Positions 43,093 to 51,347 of a stretch of 64,000 nucleotides of DNA are shown one piece after another; the stretch's first letter is position 1, and each line of letters opens with the position of its first letter. The position numbers and the translations under genes were made by a program. The notes beneath the pieces were generated by a model. The model ran no database searches. It saw only the letters and a list, made by a program, of their open reading frames with translations, and was not told the DNA's origin. The stretch is from Candidatus Nomurabacteria bacterium (GTDB taxonomy: Bacteria > Patescibacteriota > Minisyncoccia > Phycocordibacterales > UBA9973). The DNA is taken from NCBI GenBank assembly GCA_963842815.1, contig CAWJHU010000003.1, forward strand, positions 91,683 to 155,682. Reading direction: 5' to 3'.

Positions 43093-43172
43093 GAAAAAAT
43101 AGTGGAGGATACCCCACTATATAGGTTAAACTTATACGTCTACAAACCTTATTCTAAAATTAGGTGATTTCC
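43093..43172. repeat. Direct repeat copy A (~80 bp) overlapping the 3' end of the RNase H-like gene
   Basis: gtggaggataccccactatataggttaaacttatacgtctacaaaccttattctaaaattaggtg aligns with copy B at 44004-44085 at roughly 75-80% identity. Confidence 0.6.
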
Positions 43173-43975
43173 TTTATAGAAACGTTGATTTCGATGTGAT
43201 GTTTAAATACCTTACTAATCTTTAGTATATATTTATGTCCACGTTGTAATTCTGATTTTTGTTGAGCATTTACGTATGCTTTTATTGTTTTACCTTCAAA
43301 ATCTCCTGAACATACTTCAAAACAAATTTCAAATTGATCTCCAACAGGTTCCCATGCATAAACACGAACTTTAATGTCATTAATATCAAGCTGGGAATAA
43401 TTTACCTCAGGACCATCATAAAGTCTCTTTATAACACGTCTTTGTTTCTTTTCTATCAATTTACGACCCCTAACATCTGTTTTTTTACCAAACTTTGATA
43501 ATTTATCAGCTACCTTGTTTCTTTTTTCTGGTACATAGTTAATTGACACACTTCCACCTACAGTTTGTTCAAGCTTTACTCTAGTTTTATCGATTTTATC
43601 TAACAGGTCCCTGTCCTTTATTGGTTTATTTTCATAATTCATCCAACCATTTCTGCGCCAATCTTTTATACGATATCGATTAGTAAATTTATTATCAGTA
43701 GCGTTAAACCTGTCGGTATACAATTCCACTCCTGAAGCTTTTTTTAGTATTAATGGATTCTTCTTTCCAAAAACAAGTAATTCTGTCATTGCCTCAATGA
43801 GACTTATTAACTCCAGTCGATTAATACCCTGTCCATCATTTCTTATAAAATGTGCTATGGGTTCTAGTTCAAAAGAATCTGGAAATTCAATAATAAAACC
43901 ATTTCCTCCGGTTTGCTTGGTATCATAGTCCATTGCCCCATCACAGTGAATTTGTATTGCGTGAGGATTATTCAT
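43160..43975 (-). CDS. RNase H-like domain protein (N-terminal RNase HI-type fold) with an unknown C-terminal domain
   Basis: IQIHCDGAMDYDTKQTGGNGFII (compare RNase HI ..TDGS..NPG.GGYG), NRLELISLIEAMTELL (catalytic Glu region), ELYTDRFNATD (TDS-like Asp). Flanked by ~80-bp direct repeats. Confidence 0.45.
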   Translation of the reverse strand: MNNPHAIQIHCDGAMDYDTKQTGGNGFIIEFPDSFELEPIAHFIRNDGQGINRLELISLIEAMTELLVFGKKNPLILKKASGVELYTDRFNATDNKFTNRYRIKDWRRNGWMNYENKPIKDRDLLDKIDKTRVKLEQTVGGSVSINYVPEKRNKVADKLSKFGKKTDVRGRKLIEKKQRRVIKRLYDGPEVNYSQLDINDIKVRVYAWEPVGDQFEICFEVCSGDFEGKTIKAYVNAQQKSELQRGHKYILKISKVFKHHIEINVSIKEIT

Positions 43976-44003
43976 GTTTTTATTATATCAAATACATGAA
44001 CGG

Positions 44004-44085
44004 AGGGGGTGGAGGGTACCCCACTGTGTTTAATAAACTAATAAGTCTATAAACCTCGTTATAAAATTAGACGTATTTTTTAATA
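44004..44085. repeat. Direct repeat copy B (~80 bp) upstream of the RNase H-like gene; contains the GGGTACCC palindrome
   Basis: gtggagggtaccccactgtgtttaataaactaataagtctataaacctcgttataaaattagacg. Same orientation as copy A. Confidence 0.6.
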
Positions 44086-44092
44086 GGAACTA

Positions 44093-44995
44093 TTACCAAA
44101 ACTTAAGCCAATTAAATACCTTTTGATACCATTTTGATTTTACTGGTTCTGGGTTTGTTTGAGAAATTGTGTCAGTTTTTATTGTAATTAGTGGTTGTTT
44201 CGCGGACAAAGAAGATATCGGGGTAATAACTTTCTTTATTTTTGGTTTAGGTTGTATAATTTCTTTTTTCTCAACATTAAGATCATTGGGTGGATTAATT
44301 ACAGAAGTACTTGAAGAGACTACTGGAGCTATGGGGATTAACACACATTGTTTTTTACCTGTTGTGTCAAATGTATATCCTTCATTACAAGAACAATAAA
44401 CATTCTTATCGTCGTGTTTATTTGGTGAAGTTGTTGAATTCTGACCAAACTCTTTTTTGCACTCAGTATCAGAAGCTTCTTTTTCTGTAATAATTTTACC
44501 ATGCCCATCATTTACATAACCTGTGTTTGGTATACAGCTTCCATGTGAATCCTCTACGGAATTTATCGGGCAAGAACACTTTCCATTTACATCAAAGCTA
44601 TATTGATAAGAACATGCACATTTCCCAGTATTTTTATTATAAAAACTATGAGGGTCAGGATTGTGGCAAGAATTATAATTATCAAGATCCTTTAGCATTG
44701 CAGATATATCAGGCGTATATGTTCTGTTGATAGGTTCAGTATAAAGTGGTGTTGAGATAGAATTATCATTAGTAAAACTATTAGAGACACATTGTCCACT
44801 ACTACTCATAACATAACCAGATTCACATTTGCAATATGCATCACCAAAGTTCTCACCTATAGTTTGATGATCTCCTTCACAATACAAAGTGCCAACACCG
44901 GGGACATCAACACTGGCTTGTGCTTGGATTTTTTTAATAGGTAAAACCATTATTACAGCAACTAATATTAAAACAAATAGTAGATTTTTTTTCAT
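44093..44995 (-). CDS. Secreted cysteine-rich repeat protein (hypothetical)
   Basis: Signal peptide MKKNLLFVLILVAVIMVLPIKKIQAQA. Repeated C-x-C-x(3-6)-Y-x(5-8)-G-x-C modules (CKCESGYVMSSSGQCV; CACSYQYSFDVNGKCSC; CSCNEGYTFDTTGKKQCV). Confidence 0.55.
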   Translation of the reverse strand: MKKNLLFVLILVAVIMVLPIKKIQAQASVDVPGVGTLYCEGDHQTIGENFGDAYCKCESGYVMSSSGQCVSNSFTNDNSISTPLYTEPINRTYTPDISAMLKDLDNYNSCHNPDPHSFYNKNTGKCACSYQYSFDVNGKCSCPINSVEDSHGSCIPNTGYVNDGHGKIITEKEASDTECKKEFGQNSTTSPNKHDDKNVYCSCNEGYTFDTTGKKQCVLIPIAPVVSSSTSVINPPNDLNVEKKEIIQPKPKIKKVITPISSLSAKQPLITIKTDTISQTNPEPVKSKWYQKVFNWLKFW

Positions 44996-45021
44996 ATAAT
45001 TTTATTAGTTAGAAAGCAAAA

Positions 45022-45094
45022 AGCCCATCACGGGTAGAGACCGAAGTCTCTCGTGTCAGTTTCCCGACACGGCGTATAAGGCGACCCCCTGATG
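45022..45094 (-). ncRNA. Candidate structured RNA element (73 nt): 7-bp closing helix enclosing hairpins, one with a UUCG tetraloop on the minus strand
   Basis: cccatca-cgggtaGAGACcgaaGTCTCtCGTGTCagtttcccGACACGgcgtataaggcgacccc-tgatggg. On the minus strand the first hairpin reads GAGAC-UUCG-GUCUC. Lies just 5' of the start of the minus-strand gene 44093..44995. Confidence 0.3.
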
Positions 45095-45418
45095 GGTTCT
45101 TTATTCCTTATACGACTTGTATTACCGTGCCTTAAAATATAGATATAAATCAATATAAATATATAAGTAAGGTTTAGGCTACTATATTTATTAAGTTATA
45201 TTTTAATGGTACAACTTCACAATGGAATTATCAATATAAAAATAAGATAAGAATAGTCGTAAATGTTTAAAATATTTGATAAATAAAAGCTCAATTTCGT
45301 AATTTGTGTATTTTTGATGGTATAAAAACCTATGTTTTATGGCTGTTTTTAAAATAAAGATAGTTATTCACATAATATATCGCCCTATTTTAGCGCTAGT
45401 GAATATAATCACTACACG

Positions 45419-45673
45419 ATGAGAAGTATAAGGGCAAGATTTAAAGAACAAGAATTAAAAAATCCATTTAATGGAGCATCTATTAATTTAGTTAGAGCAG
45501 TTCGAGGGAAAAAGTTTTCACGCAAATCGTTAGTGAAAGCCTTTAACGAATTAATACCAGAAAGAGAATATGAAAAAAATGAGCAAAAAGAGCTTATTGA
45601 TTATTTAGAGAATCAAACGAACCTACCTGAGGAGGGCGAAATTAAGGGCAAAAATGCCTTAGGAACAGTATAA
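45419..45673 (+). CDS. Hypothetical small protein (84 aa)
   Basis: ORF only; lies inside the AT-rich element. Confidence 0.35.
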   Translation: MRSIRARFKEQELKNPFNGASINLVRAVRGKKFSRKSLVKAFNELIPEREYEKNEQKELIDYLENQTNLPEEGEIKGKNALGTV

Positions 45674-45722
45674 AACATCTATGATAAGTATTGATAGGTG
45701 TAAAGAAATATTGGGTGGAAAT

Positions 45723-45827
45723 ATGGCAGATTCTGAAGTTGAGAAACTTCGAGAAACTCTTTATTCAATGATCGATTCAATATTAGATAATTACTTTGAA
45801 GAGTTTAGTGGTAAAATAGATATATGA
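45723..45827 (+). CDS. Small ORF (~34 aa) overlapping the recombinase start; possible accessory/RDF-like peptide
   Basis: ATG GCA GAT TCT GAA GTT GAG... MADSEVEKLRETLYSMIDSILDNYFEEFSGKIDI*. Its stop overlaps the ATG of the recombinase gene. Confidence 0.2.
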   Translation: MADSEVEKLRETLYSMIDSILDNYFEEFSGKIDI

Positions 45828-47386
45828 AAAAAGCAGTAATATATTGTCGAGTATCTTCCGTAAAACAAAGCACTGAGGGACATGGGCTTGATAGCCAAGA
45901 ATATCGTTGCAGAGAATATGCAAAACAAAAAGATTATGAAGTTGTAAAAGTCTTTGGGGATACTTTTTCAGGTGGTGGAGATTTTATGAACAGACCAGCA
46001 ATGTCTTCTCTTTTGGGTTTTCTAGACAAAAATCTTGCAACTAATTTTGTAGTTATTTTTGACGATTTGAAAAGACTTGCCCGTGATACTGCTTTTCATC
46101 TTAAATTAAGAAGAGAACTCACTGCTAGGGGAGCAAAAGTAGAATGTTTAAATTTTACTTTTGAAGAAACCCCTGAAGGGCAATTTATTGAAACTATAAT
46201 GGCTTCTCAGGGTGAGTTAGAAAGAAAACAAAATCAAAGACAAGTAATCCAAAAACATAAAGCTCGTCTTGAAAATGGTTATTGGTCTTTCTGTTCTCCG
46301 GCAGGATATAAAATGGGCAAGAACCCTATTCATGGATATATTCTAAATAGAGTTGAACCTGAAGCCAGTATAATTAAAGAAGCACTTGAAGGATTTGCCT
46401 TTGGAAGGTTTGCAAATCAAGTTGAGGTTCAAAGTTTTTTACAATCAAAAAAGTTTCGTGGTTTAAAAAAAGTTAGTTTAGATTCAGTGAAAAAGCTACT
46501 TACAAGGTCAGTATATGCGGGATATGTGGAATATAAAGAATGGGATGTGAGTAGAAGAATCGGACACCATGAACCAATTATTGATTTAGAAACTTTTGAG
46601 AAGATTCAGGATAAACTAAACGGAAAGATAAAAGTTTTTTCAAGAAAAGACAATAGTAAAGAATTTCCTTTAAGAGGTTTTATTTTGTGTGCTAAATGTA
46701 TAAAGCCAATGACAGCAAGTTGGACAACAAGCAGGAATGGAGAAAAACACCCTTATTATCATTGTAAAACGAAAGAATGTGATTTGAGAGGTAAATGCAT
46801 CAGAAGAAAAGACATGGAAGACAAGTTTGAGGTTATTTTACGTTCAATAAAACCAAAGGAAAAGACCTTAGCCCTTACAAAAGAGATTCTGCTTGATGTA
46901 TGGAATAAAAGACTTGCTGATGTAGATAATCTTAAAAAGAATCATGAGAATAGTTTAGATGAAGTCCGTTCAAAGATAAGAAACTTATTAGATAGATTAT
47001 CAAAAATTGATAATGAAAATTTAATAAAAACTTACGAAAAAGAAATAGGGAAACTTACTGAAGAAGAACAGATATTAGAAAATCAGGCTCAGGTCATGCG
47101 AAGTAGAAAGCCAGACTTTGGAACCGCCCTTGATATAACATTTAATTTTCTTAAAAACCCTTATCTTTATTGGAAAAAAGATGATTTAAAGTCAAAACAC
47201 CTAGTTCTAAAATTGGTCTTTGAAGACAAAATTATTTATAACAGAGAAACAGGATTTGGAACCGCTAAATTATCTTTACCATTAAGGGTATTTGAGCTAA
47301 ATGAGCTTAATGATTCTTATGATGTGGACCCAAGCGGACTCGGACCGCTTACCTCCTCATTGCAAATGAGGCGCTCTACCAGATGA
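45824..47386 (+). CDS. Large serine recombinase (resolvase/invertase catalytic domain + recombinase domain + zinc ribbon + coiled coil)
   Basis: N-terminus KKAVIYCRVSSVKQSTEGHGLDSQ (catalytic Ser in the YxRVSS context), recombinase domain, CAKCIKPMTASW...HPYYHCKTKEC zinc ribbon, C-terminal coiled coil. 520 aa. Confidence 0.85.
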   Translation: MKKAVIYCRVSSVKQSTEGHGLDSQEYRCREYAKQKDYEVVKVFGDTFSGGGDFMNRPAMSSLLGFLDKNLATNFVVIFDDLKRLARDTAFHLKLRRELTARGAKVECLNFTFEETPEGQFIETIMASQGELERKQNQRQVIQKHKARLENGYWSFCSPAGYKMGKNPIHGYILNRVEPEASIIKEALEGFAFGRFANQVEVQSFLQSKKFRGLKKVSLDSVKKLLTRSVYAGYVEYKEWDVSRRIGHHEPIIDLETFEKIQDKLNGKIKVFSRKDNSKEFPLRGFILCAKCIKPMTASWTTSRNGEKHPYYHCKTKECDLRGKCIRRKDMEDKFEVILRSIKPKEKTLALTKEILLDVWNKRLADVDNLKKNHENSLDEVRSKIRNLLDRLSKIDNENLIKTYEKEIGKLTEEEQILENQAQVMRSRKPDFGTALDITFNFLKNPYLYWKKDDLKSKHLVLKLVFEDKIIYNRETGFGTAKLSLPLRVFELNELNDSYDVDPSGLGPLTSSLQMRRSTR

Positions 47387-47481
47387 GCTATGGGCCCAAT
47401 ACAAGAGATAAAGCCATTCTATATTATTTTTTTAATAATGCAAATTTGCCTTTTTTTTTGTTTCAGTTATTATTTTTAGAC

Positions 47482-47552
47482 GGGCCTATAGTTCAGTGGT
47501 AGAACGCGTCCATGGCATGGACGAGGTCGGAGTCCGATTCTCCGTAGGTCCA
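47482..47552 (+). tRNA. tRNA-Ala (anticodon GGC)
   Basis: Acceptor GGGCCTA/TAGGTCC with a G3:U70 pair (alanine identity element). D-arm GTTC-AGTGGTA-GAAC. Anticodon arm CGTCC-ATGGCAT-GGACG. T-arm CGGAG-TCCGATT-CTCCG. Confidence 0.75.
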
Positions 47553-47555
47553 CAT

Positions 47556-47629
47556 GCACTCTTAGCTCAGTTGGTTAGAGCGTGCGATTCACATTCGCAA
47601 GGTCGTAGGTTCGATTCCTACAGGGTGCA
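47556..47629 (+). tRNA. tRNA-Val (anticodon CAC)
   Basis: Acceptor GCACTCT/AGGGTGC. D-arm GCTC-AGTTGGTTA-GAGC. Anticodon arm TGCGA-TTCACAT-TCGCA. T-arm GTAGG-TTCGATT-CCTAC. Starts 3 nt after the preceding tRNA. Confidence 0.8.
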
Positions 47630-47660
47630 CAAAAATGCTTTAGCATTTTTGTGCACCCTG
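47618..47660. repeat. Perfect 18-bp inverted repeat whose left arm is the 3' end of tRNA-Val
   Basis: cagggtgcacaaaaatgc-tttagc-gcatttttgtgcaccctg. The arms are exact reverse complements. Confidence 0.8.
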
Positions 47661-47724
47661 TCAGGGCCTATAGTAAAGTGGTATTACGCGGCATTCGCAT
47701 TGCCGAGGCGCGAGTCCGATTCTC
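47654..47724 (+). tRNA. tRNA-Ala (anticodon CGC)
   Basis: Acceptor GGGCCTA/TAGGTCC (G3:U70). D-arm GTAA-AGTGGTA-TTAC. Anticodon arm CGGCA-TTCGCAT-TGCCG. T-arm GCGAG-TCCGATT-CTCGC. Confidence 0.75.
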
Positions 47725-47825
47725 GCTAGGTCCACAGCTTGACTTTTATTGTATATATGATATACTTTCTTTGGATTTAAATAGAAAATAATGTTTGTTC
47801 ATTCCACTAATATAAGGAGACGCAA

Positions 47826-48284
47826 ATGTCGTTAATTCTCGTTCCAAAACATGACCTGCTATTTAAAGCAAATAGTATGGTTAAAGTTGGGGATGTTAAA
47901 AAGGAAAATCATCTTCGTGGACCCAAAGGAGAAAAAATTGCTGAACCCGAAGAAAAAAAACCATTTACAAATCTTAGACTGCATGTATGCGGTTCAGATA
48001 AAAAGATTCAGGAAAAATTCGAGTCAATGGCACAAGCCATTCTTGACGAAGACTGGATTAGCTTTGATACTCTTTTTTTTGAACTGAAGGAGTTCAAACC
48101 ATCCAAGACTTGCCTTAATACTTTTGGACGAGAACAAATTAGAATTACTATCGCTCGCAATCCTTCCAATTTTGAGTTGGAAACCATCCGTCGAAAGTTG
48201 AACTCTATTGGAATCAGCGAAGAAGTAATGGATCAGGGATACGAAGACGGTTTTGGGTTTCTTCAATCCCAATGTCATAAATAG
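47826..48284 (+). CDS. Hypothetical protein (152 aa)
   Basis: ORF with a plausible RBS (aaggagacgcaaATG). No recognisable motif. Confidence 0.4.
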   Translation: MSLILVPKHDLLFKANSMVKVGDVKKENHLRGPKGEKIAEPEEKKPFTNLRLHVCGSDKKIQEKFESMAQAILDEDWISFDTLFFELKEFKPSKTCLNTFGREQIRITIARNPSNFELETIRRKLNSIGISEEVMDQGYEDGFGFLQSQCHK

Positions 48285-48302
48285 CCCATTTTTGATTGAA
48301 CA

Positions 48303-48336
48303 AAAACCTTTGCTCTGGCAGAGGTTTTATTTTTTT
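48303..48336 (+). terminator. Rho-independent terminator after 47826..48284
   Basis: aaaacctttgc-tctg-gcagaggtttt followed by attttttt. Confidence 0.55.
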
Positions 48337-48499
48337 ATTTTATCTTTTAAATACAATTAATTCCCTAAAAAACAAAAACCCGCCTTGCGGCGGGTCTCTG
48401 CGGCACTTATGTTGTTTACGATAAATGTGAATCTAACCTCACACTCACAAAACGAGTATAGCATACTTGAAATAAAAAAGCAAGTCTGTTAGAATCAAA

Positions 48500-48815
48500 T
48501 CGGTCCTGTATTGGGCAGTTGCGCTCCGACTTTGGTCGGAGTGAGGAAAGTCCGAACACATAGCCTGATTTATCGGGCAAACGTAGCGGACAACCCCCGT
48601 CGGGAGTAATCCCAGGGTTGAGAACAGTGACGAACCGATTAAGTTCGGGTGAAACGGCAAAATACCTACGCGTGTGCAAGATCGTGTCCGCCCACAGCTA
48701 CACAGTTGCTGGCGGGAGAATCGCTTGAGCTTTGGAGTAATTCAGGGCCTAGATAAATAACTGTCGGTCCGGCTTCGGTCGGATTACAGAATTCGGCTTA
48801 TAGATACAGAACCGA
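48500..48815 (+). ncRNA. rnpB: RNase P RNA (bacterial type A)
   Basis: Universal P4 motifs: GAGGAAAGTCCG near the 5' side and ACAGAATTCGGCTTATAG near the 3' end. CTTGAGC...GGCCTAGATAAATAACTGTCGG matches the E. coli GCUUGAGCCAG...GGCCUAGAUGAAUGACUGUCC region. P3 hairpin GCTCCGAC-TTTG-GTCGGAG. The 5'/3' ends (CGGTCCTG / CAGAACCG) form P1. Confidence 0.75.
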
Positions 48816-48824
48816 AAATATGAA

Positions 48825-48862
48825 AAATCCTCTCACAAGAGAGGATTTTTCTATTGGGTTAA
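48825..48862. terminator. Bidirectional rho-independent terminator between rnpB (+) and the RNR gene (-)
   Basis: aaaaatcctctc-acaa-gagaggattttt with T/A runs on both sides. Confidence 0.65.
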
Positions 48863-51228
48863 TTTTCCGCAGGACCTTCGGTTTTTTCTTTTTTAGCTTC
48901 TTCAACCAAAACATCATCCAAGGAACAAACTCCGGAGACGCAAGCATATTCTTTAGCCCCCACGGTATTATCTTCCTGCTCGTAGTAAATCAGTTTGGAA
49001 AAATCAATATGTTTTATTTCGTTCATTCTTTTTTCGTATTCTTCTTTGGAAATTTCTTCGTAGGGCGCCAGCTGATAAACATGTTCGGAACGAGGCAAGA
49101 AAGAAAGTCCGCCAACAATATCCCAGTTTTCATAAATAAAATTCGCCACCTTTATCCATTCATCATTGCCCACATAAATAGTTACCGAAGGATTGTGCTC
49201 AATATAATTAATTTTTAATCTTTTCCATTCGTTCAACAGGTCAATGGCAGAAACCTGGTCGCGGGTGACAGCTCCCTCCGGCGCTTTGATGGGAAATTCA
49301 ACCACAGCGACAGTGGAATTGGCTGTGGAATATCCGACTTCCGCCTTAAAAGGAACACCCTGGTCTTTAATTAATTGATAGAGCGGGTCATTTGTGGAAA
49401 TACGAACTCTGCGGATGTAATACTTGGCATACCACGGATGCATTCCGGAGCCCACATAAAGAAGCTGTCCGGAATTTCCGTGGGGTTTGATAGTGGTAAT
49501 GCAGGTGGAACTATTGATGCCAAATTTTTTGGCATACTCTTTATTTATTTTAATAGCCTCTTCCCGAAGTTCTGATAAAACTTTATCATTTCTGATTGTT
49601 TTGTTGTCATAATATCCAGTAATGGAAACTCCCAGCAGGGCTTCATCCTCGCAATTTTCTTTCCATTCTTTTGATAGATAACCGAAATGAGTCAAGGTGG
49701 CTTGATAGGTCCCCAGAATGGTGGAAAGTCTGACTTTTCTCTTTAAATCCTCTAGGGTATCTTTGGGGCGCACCACAATGGAAGTGAGGTTGCAGAATTG
49801 CTTGGAACGAAGGGTAATTTCTCCGCATGGATTTGAGCCCGGCAATCCCACAATGACGTTTTGGTCGTCTATAATTCCGGCCTCCTTCCAGTTGTCAATT
49901 CGGCGTTTTGGGAGCTGGGTCATTAATCCCCCTCTATTGAATATACCCCTTTCCCCGGTGCCTGATTTTATCAATTCTATCCATTCGTTTAAAAATTCCG
50001 AGGCCGAAGGCTTCTGACTGTAGACGGCGGAGTTATTGGCCATGGAACGTTGTCCATTATCAATCCAGAATTGTCCCTGTTTTGATTTGCGCATGGATTC
50101 ATCGTCAATATCCGAAAGCGATATGAGAGCGCTGCGACGAACACCTCCGGCCACAACAATGAGGCCAATCTGACAAATGATGTCATGCAAATCCAAATTG
50201 GTGAGACGCTTTGCTTGTCTTCCCAATATTTTTTTCTTGGCAAAATTAATAAGGTCAATGAGAGGCTGGGGTCCGGAAGCGCGGCCGCCGGCAGTTTTCA
50301 AACGAGCGCCCGACGGACGAATTTTACTGTAATCAAAATCTATATCATATCCATCGGTCCAAGTCTTGCAAGCCAGAATAAATGCATCCGCCCAACCTTC
50401 TTTGCTGTCTTCAACCACATGGGTTGCTAATTTTTTTCCTGTTTGTCTTCTGATCTGCGGAAATTTTTGCACGGTCTCGGATTCAACAGAAAAACCTAAA
50501 CCTGCTCCGGACATTAGGATGAACATTATCTCTCCCAGGTCTTGCCAACTGGAAGGCGCCACATAGGAACAATTGTAAGCCCAGACGTTTGATTTTTCGC
50601 AAGCTTCTCCGGCGGACCAAAGCAATCTCATGGATGGACAAATTTCTTGTTTTAAAATTGCTTCTTTAACTTCGGAAAAATCTTTCGGGGACAACTTGTT
50701 GCCAAGATTTTTTTTCATATAGGCCATAAAGCGGTCAATGGTTTCTATCCATGTCTCGCGTCTGCCTAAATCATCCTGCCATTTTGAGTAGGTTCTATAA
50801 AAAATAAATTCTTCGTAGGAACTTACAAAGTAAGAACTGGATTCGTCAAAAATTTTTTTGTTTTCCGGAGGGATGGTGCCAACTTCGCGCCTCAATTCCG
50901 CTCTTTTGGACCTATATAAAATATAAGATTTTGCCGTAGAATGATATCCTAAATCCATAAGCTCGGATTCTACGATATCCTGAATCATTTCCACCGTCGG
51001 AATGAACTTTTTTTCTATGTTTTTTGCCTTTAGGTGGAGCAATTTATGAAAAACTTTCTCAGCAACGTCTTTCGCTTCCCTTTTTTCCCCTTCTTTGGTC
51101 GCGATAAATGCTTTATAAACGGCATCGGCGATTCTATTTATATTAAAAGGAATAACTTCCCCTTCTCGGTTTCTGACGTTCTTAACTTTATTCAATTCCT
51201 TTCGATCTAAAATAAAATCTTTTTCCAT
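48859..51228 (-). CDS. Ribonucleotide reductase with an N-terminal ATP-cone; class II (adenosylcobalamin-dependent RTPR/NrdJ-like) suggested
   Basis: N-terminal ATP-cone VRNREGEVIPFNINRIADAVYKAF...KDVAEKVF. About 790 aa catalytic barrel. C-terminal tail Cys pair YACVSGVCSLDD has the C-x4-C spacing seen in monomeric RTPR. No glycyl-radical or Zn-ribbon C-terminus was seen, which argues against class III. Confidence 0.55.
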   Translation of the reverse strand: MEKDFILDRKELNKVKNVRNREGEVIPFNINRIADAVYKAFIATKEGEKREAKDVAEKVFHKLLHLKAKNIEKKFIPTVEMIQDIVESELMDLGYHSTAKSYILYRSKRAELRREVGTIPPENKKIFDESSSYFVSSYEEFIFYRTYSKWQDDLGRRETWIETIDRFMAYMKKNLGNKLSPKDFSEVKEAILKQEICPSMRLLWSAGEACEKSNVWAYNCSYVAPSSWQDLGEIMFILMSGAGLGFSVESETVQKFPQIRRQTGKKLATHVVEDSKEGWADAFILACKTWTDGYDIDFDYSKIRPSGARLKTAGGRASGPQPLIDLINFAKKKILGRQAKRLTNLDLHDIICQIGLIVVAGGVRRSALISLSDIDDESMRKSKQGQFWIDNGQRSMANNSAVYSQKPSASEFLNEWIELIKSGTGERGIFNRGGLMTQLPKRRIDNWKEAGIIDDQNVIVGLPGSNPCGEITLRSKQFCNLTSIVVRPKDTLEDLKRKVRLSTILGTYQATLTHFGYLSKEWKENCEDEALLGVSITGYYDNKTIRNDKVLSELREEAIKINKEYAKKFGINSSTCITTIKPHGNSGQLLYVGSGMHPWYAKYYIRRVRISTNDPLYQLIKDQGVPFKAEVGYSTANSTVAVVEFPIKAPEGAVTRDQVSAIDLLNEWKRLKINYIEHNPSVTIYVGNDEWIKVANFIYENWDIVGGLSFLPRSEHVYQLAPYEEISKEEYEKRMNEIKHIDFSKLIYYEQEDNTVGAKEYACVSGVCSLDDVLVEEAKKEKTEGPAEN

Positions 51229-51347
51229 GGAGCAATTATACTTCTATAAAATAATTTTTGCGAGTGGAAAACAAGAAAAAACAATAAAGAAAAACAGTTT
51301 GAAATGGCTGTAAATAGCAATCTCTTTAAAAGCTGAAACGGTAAGCC

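Larger units (their letters stand above)
41820..47480. mobile_element. Putative integrative element (serine-recombinase type) inserted beside the tRNA-Ala/Val/Ala cluster; extent approximate
   Basis: Visibly lower GC than flanking core genes (for example ~28% over 46001-46060 versus ~42% over 13801-13860). A large serine recombinase gene ends ~95 bp from a tRNA. Cargo of hypothetical and defence-like genes (ImmA/IrrE, RNase H-like, Cys-rich secreted). Long AT-rich spacers at 41820-42030 and 45100-45420. Confidence 0.35.

Noticed and set aside
48362-48392. GC hairpin cccgcc-ttgc-ggcggg preceded by an A run (terminator-like on the minus strand)
   Set aside because: No minus-strand gene ends upstream of it. 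It may belong to the rnpB promoter region or be a bidirectional element. Evidence is too thin for a feature call.
48416-48679. Minus-strand ORFs 48416..48679 and 48445..48660 (87 and 71 aa)
   Set aside because: They lie inside the RNase P RNA gene (GAGGAAAGTCCG...ACAGAATTCGGCTTA on the plus strand). Antisense ORFs in a structured RNA are spurious.
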